NCBI GenBank assembly: GCA_000826855.1
Contig: JTLS01000068.1
Span: 1 to 35,222, forward strand
Direction: 5' to 3'
Length of the DNA stretch: 35,222 bases
Origin: Basidioascus undulatus
Taxonomy: Eukaryota
The notes beneath the pieces were generated by a model, which was not told where the DNA came from, did no database searches, and saw nothing but the letters and a program-made list of their open reading frames with translations. Positions 1 through 9,691 of the stretch are shown here, piece after piece (position 1 is the stretch's first letter; each line of letters begins with the position of its first letter). Both the position numbers and the translations under genes were made by a program.

Positions 1-1285
1 GGGGGGGGGGGGGTCAAGGACGGCCTCCTTCTTACTTTAATGCAACATAGCTTTGCTGTTATCATTAAATGGTGGTAAGAACATACATCCGTCTTTTCTC
101 CAAGGTTGCGGACATCATGGAGTCCTCGCATGGTCACCTTCAGTCCTTGTGTTTATCCGCCATTCTGGGAGAAAGGGTGGCGACCTACCTTTATCTCAAG
201 TCCATACTGCAGACACTGAGAAGAGGGTATTGCAATGCCAACACGAGGCAGCAGTGGAAGCAGGCCTGCTCATCAGCTGTATTTGATAGGTTCATCATAA
301 TGCATTTTGGGTTGTTTCTCAGCCACTGGATCAACAAGATCAGGCTAGTCACCTCAACAGCCTCCAGATGAAGGATTCAATGGGTTACCTTGGCGAAAAC
401 ACGGGAGCTACGTGACAGCCCTGAGGGCGTCTTTCTGACAAGGTGGTTTCCTCGTCGCATGAAGTTGGGGTGATCATTACTGCGGAACACCTGCACAAAT
501 GAGAACGACCAAATCTATAGGGTCTAGAACGCTCTTCTTACACTAAGCTTTTATCACCCGAACGGCAGCTATTGGTTTGTTCGGTTCGCGGCCGTTCGGT
601 TCGACACTGCTCTGAAAGGCTGCACGGCTGCCCTGTCTTTCACTGAAGGGTGTTACCAAAGCGTTCCTGAAATTATAGTGTTAAAAAAGAAGCTCTACGT
701 AGGCAGAGCAAGGTTCCCAAAGCCCGTTTTCGACCCACAACCTCACCATGGCCCGTCACCGCCTTCCCTCTGCTTCTTTCCACCCTGCGACAGGAGTGCG
801 GGTGGTTAAATAATGACGAAGAAGTTATTCAACCGAGAGAAGAATGGAGCATTCTTTTATAGTGAAACTAGTGATGCTTGAGCATGTGCATCATTCCTCG
901 GCGCTGCAGCGTGCAGCATGCAGCTACTAACATCAAAGGTCCCAGATCATGGGGTTGAAGCTCAAGAAAACCTTAGGGGCTTCCTTGACAAAATATCTGC
1001 GTCAATCTGGAGCATACATCGCAGTAATCGAAGAGAAGGAGTCGAACGCAGACAGAGCTGCTGGGCAAGAAAATCCGCTCGACATCGCACCTCTCTTTTC
1101 TTGATGCCTCGCCTCAGCACATCTGTCTAACAGGCGTGCAAGTCCCTGAACTCTACCTAATTGCCCGAATGGGTCACCATTAATCTTTTTCTCATGGGAT
1201 CTTCGGGGTTCGTACACCGCGAGAAGCGTGCTCGTGGGTCATTGAGCTCCATCCGGCAACGTTCCCCCTATCCTCCCGTGCACAG

Positions 1286-1473
1286 TTCCATCCAAAAGCA
1301 CGTCGAGAACTTCGAAAATAACGAAAAAAAATCTGGACCTGGGTCCTCAAGCCCGCGCTGCAGAGGAGGAAGAGGAGTATCACCCCGTCCGGGCCGAGTT
1401 CGTCGCGCTGCTGAAGGTGCCTGAGCTCGAGGCCGAGCTCTGGGCTGCGAGGGGGTGGCTACTTGAAGAGTGA
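1286..1473 (+). pseudogene. Orphan terminal exon of an unidentified gene, frameshifted in an A8 run
   Basis: Polypyrimidine+CACAG acceptor at 1281-1285, then GC3-rich codons IQKHVENFENNEK / NLDLGPQARAAEEEEEYHPVRAEFVALLKVPELEAELWAARGWLLEE-TGA. The two halves join only if the A run at 1324-1331 is one base shorter. No convincing upstream exons. Confidence 0.35.
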
Positions 1474-1713
1474 TATGGACAAGTATATTGTATTAACTCT
1501 GTGTGTGTCTATTTTTCTGAAACGCGGCGTCACATAACGCAATCGCGAGTCCTGCGGCAAGCTCGGAGGCGCCCTCTGCACTTCGCGTCCGTGTCACGGC
1601 TGTCTCTGTAAGGTTGTAAATTGCCAGCTTTGGCCAACACAGACAACCAACCGCACGAGATAGTTCAAACAATACATAGGAGTAGTCATTTGGCAGGCGG
1701 CATCTCTACAACT

Positions 1714-4700
1714 TCATCTCGGAAACACCAGCCAGAATTTCAGGTCCCCAATCTCCTGCTCTTCAGCCAACAGCGTCTTCAGTCCCTCCGGCCTCTGCTT
1801 CTCGTCCACAGGCGTGCACCTCGTAGCCTTCGCGATCGCCTCCCGCTGCGTCCCGATCGCAAGCTTAAGCGCGTCGCCCCTCGATCCCTCTTCCAGCCGG
1901 TAGTACACATCGACGTCGTCCGTCGGCTGCAGCCCGGCCTTCTTCCGCAGCTTCTGCACGCGGTTGATGAGCTCGCGCGCCAGGCCCTCGTGCTCAAGTC
2001 CAGATGCCGCCGACAGTCTAGCAGGATCGTCACGTCCCCGTCCGTGTGCGCATCGTACCCCGCCTTGTCCGCGGGGAGCTCGATGTAGCCCGCGACGGTG
2101 AGGTCGCCCGTGACAAGCGGGATGCCGTCGACGGTCACGGAGCCTGTCTCGAGGTACGCCTTGACATCCGCGGACGAGAGTCTCGGCAGGCCCGCCTTGA
2201 CGCGGCCCATGTCCTTGCGCAGCTTGCGGCCGAGCACGGGCCAGTCCGCTGTCGCGCGGTAGCGGACGCCGGTCGATGCCTCGTCAGACGTGAAGACGAC
2301 CTCGCGGACGTTGAGCTCCTCACGCACGTGGCCCCCGAGGGAGCGGACGTCGTCGAGGAACTCAGCTTCGGGGTGGAAAATGATAAGCTCCTTGAGGGGC
2401 GTCTATAGAGAAAAGAAGCCGTCAGTATAGAGCGGCGAAAGGACAGAACAGGTAAACGACGCACTTTAAGAGCGACCTTCTGCTTCTCGCGGACAAAACG
2501 GCCGAGCTGAATGACCGACTGCATGCGCTTGACCTGGCGCTGGACGACGGGATCGAAGTACTCGGTGCGGACCGCGGGGCAAGGGAGGAAGTGGACGGAG
2601 CTGTTGTCGTCGTCGGAGGGCGGCAGGTACGCGCGCAGGCTTTGGTAGAGATTCTCCGTAAGGAAGGGGGTAAAGGAGGACTGCGGGAGGGAGTTGCATG
2701 AGTAGCTGGCGTCCCCGCTCGCGAGATGTGGGGTACGCGGTTGGGGCAAGAACCGACCATGGTGCGACAGAGCGTGAACAGCGTTTCGAAGAGGGTGTTG
2801 AGCGCCGCAATGGTGTCTTCCGTGCCGCGCTCGCCCTTCAGACGCTTGCGGTTGAAGCGGATGTACCAGTTCGTGAGCTCGTCAACGAGGCCCAGCAAGC
2901 GGGGCACGACGGTGTAAAGGCGGTAAGCTGCGTCCGTCGCCCAAACGCATCAGGACCAATATTGCGAAGCATTCGCAAGGGAAAGTACGAGCACGCACCG
3001 GCCATCTCCTCCCGCACGATCTCGATCAAGCTCTGGCAGCGCGCGAGGACCCGGAGGTCCATGACGTTGTCCGACCTGGGCGCGGCGGGGTCGTACTTGA
3101 ACTCGACCCCCGACTCCTTCTTGAGGAGCGCGACTTGGCCGAGAAAGAAGCGGAAGGAATTGAGCCAGGGGAGGAGCACGCGCGAGACGATCTCCTTCAC
3201 GCCCTCCTCGCGGAAGCGCAGGTTCTCGCCGCGGACGATGGGCGAGTTGACGAGGAACAGCCTATCAAAGCGGAGGGAGGGCATCACGTCAACAACGTCC
3301 GGCGTAGATCGAAGGAAGGCTTGGGTAAGGAAACGTACCGCAGCGCATCGGCACCATACTGCTCCATGACGATGCCCGGGTCGGGGTAGTTCTTGAGGCT
3401 CTTGCTCATCTTCTTCCCATCGCTGCGCAGCGTCCCACAAGCGCATCAGTCTCAACCCCAGCCCCGCCCTCAGAGCCCTCGCAAGCATGTACGCAGCGAG
3501 GACAAGGCGGGTCGCGATGAGGTTCTTCCACGGCGCCTTCCCGAAGAGGTGCGTGCCGAGGACGAGCAGCGTGTAGAACCACCCGCGCGTCTGGTCGATG
3601 CCCTCGGACACGAAGTCGGCCAGGAAGGTCGCCTCGAACGCGTCCTTGTTCTCGAACGGGTAGTGCGCCTGGGCGTACGGCATCCTGGACGCGCGTGCAT
3701 CACGTCAGCCGCGCACGAACAATCAAAAGAGAATCGGGCAGAAAAGGAGAGGGGGACGCACGACCCCGACTCGAACCAGCAGTCAAAGACTTCCTCGATG
3801 CGGCGGAGCACGCCCTTGCCCTGCCGCGACGGGATCGTGATGTGGTCGATCTTGTCGCGGTGGAGGTCCGTGATGTCCTTCTCGCCCGACAGGCGCTCGA
3901 GCTCCTCAATCGACCCTACCGCGACGATCTGTTGCCGTAGGGTGACTTCGTCAGCGGCGGAGGGAAAGAGGAAGAAGACTAGAGACGGACCTCCTCGTAG
4001 TCCTCGCTCACCCAAAGCGGAATCGGCGTGGCCCAATAGCGGTTCCGGGAGATGTTCCAGTCGCGCGCGTTCTTGAGCCAGTTCCCGAACCGGTTCTCGC
4101 TGACGTTGGCGGGGACCCTGCGGCACCACGGCTTTATCAGTGCCTGTCTTGCGCGACTAGCAGAAGATAGTGATGACCGACCAAAGCGTCTCGACGTTAT
4201 TCATAACCAGGTCACCGACGAAGTCGCCGACCTTCACAAACCAGGCTGGGATCGCCTTGTAGATGAGCGGCTCGCCGGACCTGTGGGTGGGTTCAGCGCC
4301 GTACACCAAGTCGAGCTGGACAAGGAGCGCGGAGAGACGGCAAACGCACCGCCAGCAGTGAGGGTACGAGTGGTTGAGCGTAGATTGGGTGACAAGACGG
4401 CCTCGCGCCTTCAAGACTTTCATGATGTCCTTGTCGGCGGTCTACATAGCATGCTAACGGCGTGAGCTATGCGGTTGGCCTGTCTCGTAGCCCGCAGGAC
4501 CGGGGAAGAAGAACAGGAGGGTGAGGAGAGAACGCGCACCTTGACGTGCATGCCCTTCCAGTCGGGCACCTCGTCCGTGAACCGGCCTGACTCGTCCACC
4601 GGGCACGGCGGCATCTCGTCCAGGCGGACGACCTTGTTCGCGATGGCGATGCGGTGGTCGTCGTCGCCAAATGCGGGCGCTTGGTGGATGATGCCCGTGC

Positions 4701-6160
4701 CCGAGTCGGACGTGACGTACGTGTCGACGAGGACCTTGAACGCCGTGTCCTTGAACTGTTGAACCCCGAGAGAGGTTCTTCAATACCGAATGCAGTCCGC
4801 GCAGGCGGAGATGGGGATGGAGAAAAGATCGAAAAGCAACGCGCACGCACCTTGTCGTAGAAAAAGTCAAATATCGGCGTGTACTCCCACTTGCCCATCT
4901 CAGCTCCCTTGAACGTCGCCAGCTTCGTGAACTTCGCCTTCTTGGGGTCCTTGTACAGCGTCGAGAGGAGGTTCTCGTGGAGGATGAAGTTGGCGTTGCG
5001 CTCCTCGTCTGGATTTTGACGTACGTGAACTCGGGGTGGACGCAGAGCGCGAGGTTCGAGGGGAGCGTCCAGGGCGTGGTCGTCCATGCGAGCAGGGACG
5101 TCGTGGGGTCGGAGAGGAGCGGGAAAGAGACGGTCACTGATGGGAGGGATCGGGTGTCAGAGGATGCAGGAACAGAAAATGAAAGTTACAGGATATGATT
5201 CGACAAGGGAGTGGAAAGAGGAAGCGAAAGAAGCTACCGGCCGGGTCCGAGATGTCTTTGTATGCCTGGCCCGCTTCGAAGTTGGACAGCGGCGTAGTGC
5301 ACGCCGTCGAGTACGGCATGACGTGGAGCCCGCGGTAGACGAGGCCCTTCTTAAACAGCTCCACAAATACATACCACACGCTCTCAGAACGAGGTGTTGA
5401 GCGTCTTGTAGTCGTCATCGAAGTCGATCCAGCGGCCCATGCGCTCGACGGTCTTCCGCCAGTCGGACGAGTAGCGCATGACGATCGCGCGGCACTCGGC
5501 GTTGTACGCGGCGATGCCCATCTTGAGCACGTCCTCCTTGCCGGATATTCCGAGCTTCTTGTCGATCTCGTGCTCGACGGGGAGGCCGTGGCAGTCCCAC
5601 CCGAACCGGCGGGGGACGTGGAAGCCTTGCGCGCAGGCATGCCGCGTCACGATATCCTGTAAAAGCAACGAGTGCGTCAGCATCGAAGGCGTTTCGACCT
5701 GAGGTTATAGCGCGTGTCCGTCCTTGGATGTCCAACGCTCACTAATGCCTCGGAGCCTCAAGTTGTCCTTGCGAGCATTGCCCTTGCGAGCATTGCCCTT
5801 GCGAGCATTGCATTGCTCCACGACATTCCAGCACATCCCTTCTCGCAACCGCGCGGTCCTACCCGCTGCGCCCTCCACCATCGCCACATGGCAAGCTCAC
5901 CTTGACCGTCCCAGCCAGAAGATGCCCATAATGAGGCAGGCCCGTGGCAAGGGCGGACCGTCGTAAAAGGAGAACAGAGGTCGGCCCTCCGAGAGCGCGA
6001 GCTGGGTCTTGAACGCGTCAATTTCGCGCCAAAACTCGATGACCTTCTTCTCCTGTTCCGAACCCAGCGTTATCATGCGTGAGCTAACTCCCCGTTAGCG
6101 CATTCAAGGGATGCTACAGTGCGAACCTCAGCGGGAGTTGAAGGGCGCCGAGACTACCAT
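1714..6160 (-). pseudogene. ILS1: Cytosolic isoleucyl-tRNA synthetase, full length (15 exons) but disrupted by five frameshifts
   Basis: Spliced translation gives [15 protein letters not shown] (HIGH-type motif), [59 protein letters not shown] and [15 protein letters not shown]. All 14 introns keep GT..AG ends. Frameshifting deletions at about 6135 (-2, early TGA), 5959 (-1), 5385 (-2), 5010 (-1) and 1995 (-1). Confidence 0.93.
5767..5811. repeat. 15-bp tandem repeat x3 (CCTTGCGAGCATTGC) in ILS1 intron 2
   Basis: Three perfect copies at 5767, 5782 and 5797, inside the 244-nt intron 5657-5900. Confidence 0.95.
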
Positions 6161-7739
6161 CCGGACGAAAAGACGGTTTGATTGGAATGTGTCCTGGAAA
6201 GCATAATGAAGGGATGGTACGCACTGTCGTGTGGTGGGATAGTCATGGCGGCGACTTAGTAAGCCGATATTATCAGTATAGAGCAAGCGAGAGTGAGTGC
6301 GACCTGGGCGACGTCGGAGGTGATGTGGCCAGCAAACGCTTGAAGACGAGGACCAAGACTGAATGAGAAGGGCGGAAAAGACGTTGAGCTTGGGGAAGAC
6401 TACGCGGGCCACGTTGATTCCGAACTTCGAAGATTCGCGAGCGAGTCACAAGGAAGGGTAAGCCTGAGTATCTCGCAGACAGAGAAAGCGGCACGCCTGC
6501 CCATTTGTTTGGTTGTCCGTCGTCGCGAGCTGCGAGAACATTAGCTGGGACATTAGCCGCCCATACGGTCGAAGTAGCACCGTCTTCTTGTCAGCCAGGT
6601 CAACGCAAGAGTGAATACGGAGTAAATGCTTGATGGAGGAGGGAAAGACGTTGCCGGCAGCACAACCAACACGACCTACCGGTAGTTTAGTACCGTAGAT
6701 AAGTACAGTACTTTGCTTGGGTGCGGCAAGCAGCACGAAGTCCGAATTGACCAAGATTCACATTCCTTTCGCACTAAATTCGGCTTTTTCCTGTCCAAGC
6801 TGACGCATAACCATTAAAGTTCCTTATTACAAAGCCAACACCAGGGCAAATTTGATGACGTCGCGAATGCTTTGTAACGCCATGCCGATGCCTCGCCTGC
6901 CAGTGCAGCCTGCCTCAGAATCAGAAGGGCGATTTGATTCCTGATCTTGAAGAAATCTGTATGTACCGAGCCAGGATGGAGAGATTTGCACACGGCTTTC
7001 TTCACGATGTACACAGCAGAGTCGCAATCATCAGTGCATTGCATGGGGTATCAGAGCAGACAGGCTCCAGATAGAACAGACGATGGCAGATCTGTCGCCA
7101 GGCTACTCCCTTGCTTTCGACTGTGCTGAGAAGATAGTGGGTGAGCGAACGTCAGCGATTTCTTCGGATAAGTGGAGTGAAGAGAGAGAGGGAACTCATT
7201 TGGGAAGAAGGACACGATGACGATGGCGATGGCGATGAGCGGGCTGGCGTGGAAACGCAGGCCAGCGCTCGCAGCGGGCTGGAAAGATGAGAAAGAGGAC
7301 AGAATGTCATGGCTAACATGAGGAGATGGTAACACACTGTCGGTGGTGAACGGGGAGTGAGCATGCAGAGATGGGGAGCGTACCGGAGCCGCATGTTGAG
7401 GTTGCCGACGCGACGTAAAATTTGGCGATCGTGTCGGTGTCGGCTAGAACTTTAACGATAGTGTCGGTGCACTTCCAAACTTCCCGCCGGTCGATTGGCA
7501 CCAACGAAAATACGAAAAACTCTGTCTCTACCAGCGCAAGCGCTGACGGTGGCGAAGAGTGTGTCCCAGAAATTGGCGCTGTCGCAGAAGCGACAGGCAC
7601 GTCGGGGACGTCGCGAAAGCCGATCAACCCGGGGTGGCCAGACCCCCTGGTGTCACGGACAGTCGGACGCCTCCTGCACAATAAGTGCTCCTCCCATGAA
7701 GCGCGCCACGGTAACTCCCCAGTACCAGTGGCTACGTGA

Positions 7740-9120
7740 CGCATCGAACTGCGGAATACGACACCTCGAGAGGTCGGGCGAGTGCGCATTGAGATGCGGA
7801 GAGGCGAAGTGCACCAAAATGCATAGGGGGACGAGTGGGAGCTCAAAAGCTGTCGGGACGCGGGAGTAACACACATTGAGATGCGGGAAGAGATGTGGCC
7901 GAAGAGGGACGCATGGACATGCGGGTTCAAGAAGCTTCGAAAAGCAGGAGGAGTGTCGAATGTCCCGAAGGATGGAAAAACCGATGGGAAATGCGAGTAG
8001 AAGAAGGCTGCAAAAGCCGGATAGAAACGCTGCGAAGAGCCGGGAGTGAAGCTTCAAGAAGCCTGTGAGTATGGAGATCTCCGAAGAGCTGAAGTGCACA
8101 CATTCGAGATGCGGGATTGGGAGCCTCAAGAAGCGAGAAAGGCACTCCGAAGAGCGGGACAGGGGCTTTGAAAAGCTGGCCGATGGAGAGGGGCTTCAAA
8201 GGGTGAAAACACGCATTGAAATGCGGGAAGAGGAAGACGAGCTTCGAGAAGCGGTGAGCAGCACATCGAAATGTGGACTGACTGACCGACGCATCGAGAT
8301 GCGGAAGGGGAGTTTCGGAGGAGCTAGCACATCGAAATTCGGGGTATAGGCACTTCGAGAAGCAGGAGGAGACGCTTCGAAAAGCGGGAAACGGGGGTGC
8401 TAAGGGTCAGCGTGCTGTGCGAGAGGACAGGGAAGGAAGGACACAGCGAGACGGACCACGCCGCTGCCAAGGAAAATCTGACAGAATTGCACAGTGGGCC
8501 ACAAAGGCATGTCAGCCGTGTTGCAAGCCACGTGGATCGCAAAGCAAAGCGTGACAGAGACACCTCACGGCGGCCACAAGACCCTGTACCAGAGAATGCG
8601 TCAGAACCGAAAGAGGTCTTCTCGAAAGGGCAAATGCTAACCGGGGGCGACGTGTACGGAAAGACGTGAGTAAGGACAAGGGGCGAAGTGTCGAGACGCG
8701 GATCGAGGACACCTCCAAAGGTGGGCAAGGGATCACTCATCGGAGCGGGACAAAGGAGCTTCGAAAAGCGCAAAGAAAGGCTTCGAAAAGCTTGCTATAT
8801 CGCTTTGAGAAGCGGGAACAAGAGGCTTCAAAGAGCTGGCACGTCGCTTACGAAAAGCCGGAGACGGACCTCGAAAGATAAGAACAGGCAGCCTTGAAAG
8901 GCCGGAGGAAAGTACCTCGAGAGGTGGGAGAGAGAGCGTCAAAATGCCAGATGGAAGCATTTCGAGAAGCGGGTGAAGAGGGTGCGCTTTCGAAAAGCGG
9001 GAGAGATGGGTGCGCTTCAAGGGGTCGGGCCGATACAATTTGACAAGTGAGCTTGAGGACTGCGCTTCAAGAAGCGGGCAAGAGGGTATCGCTCTGGGAG
9101 GGTTTCGCCTTGAAAGGCGG
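7740..9120. repeat. Periodic array of about 40 short hairpins/inverted repeats, consensus (C)RCNT-YRAR-ANGY(G)GG, in two blocks (7740-8388, 8688-9120)
   Basis: Units read directly, e.g. ACCT-CGAG-AGGT 7763, CGCAT-TGAG-ATGCG 7785, GCTT-CGAA-AAGC 7934, CACAT-CGAA-ATGTG 8262, CGCTT-CGAA-AAGCG 8373, CACCT-CCAA-AGGTG 8710, GCCT-TGAA-AGGC 8891, CGCCT-TGAA-AGGCG 9106. Modal spacing 22-23 nt with non-repeated purine-rich linkers. Confidence 0.85.
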
Positions 9121-9691
9121 AAGAGACTGTTGCGTTTGTTTTCAGGCCCGACGACAGGCAGCGCGGCGACCAGGTCTGCGATGAGTAATTCAGTGGGTAA
9201 TACTGCGACGGAGCATAAATGTACCATATTGAACTGCCGGCATACTTGCCTACAATTTACAAACGCCATCGACGCGCAGGAGGCCGTTTGACGTTGGCGG
9301 TAGGAATGCGACGTCAGCTAGTTAGCTTATCAACCCGCCCATCGATCAGCTGCGACGTCCTTGCGCCTCTTCTGCCCCTCACTTTCATTCTTTGGCAATG
9401 TTGCTGGATCCATCACTCCACAAGAATGGTTCTTTGGCAATTCATTACCCTTTCCGGTTCCCGGTCCGCTTTCCGACGCACACTGTTGACAGGTCCTGGA
9501 ATAACCGCAGGCAGGTTGCGGCGGACCGGCCTGCTTCCCTCCGGGCCGTGAAGCCCGGTGGTCACTCAACCTCCTCAAATGCACTTCTCTCCGCTTCTGA
9601 TCCGCACCACTCGAACGAGAATCCTCCGAGAGAGCGCTTACACCTCGAATTGAACTGATCTGAAGGAGCTACCAACGAGAACGCGATAGCC

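Noticed and set aside
1..13. G13 run as a G-quadruplex or telomere
   Set aside because: A single homopolymer at the sequence edge; likely an assembly break or sequencing artefact.
6814..7044. Short-chain dehydrogenase fragment (SLHPGSVHTD)
   Set aside because: One short motif with no YxxxK or Rossmann motif in frame; could be chance.
7925..9076. Heat-shock element cluster (TTCnnGAA) as the explanation of the array
   Set aside because: Only the GCTT-CRAG-AAGC units contain TTCnnGAA; the GCAT, ACCT, GCCT and ACAT variants do not, and three contiguous perfect nGAAn units are lacking.
7740..9120. CRISPR array
   Set aside because: Units are only 12-14 nt and not identical, linkers are about 10 nt, there are no cas genes, and the context is eukaryotic.
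7313..9291. ORFs over the array as a repeat protein
   Set aside because: The period is not a consistent multiple of three, frames are short and inconsistent, and the GC3 codon bias of real genes here is absent.
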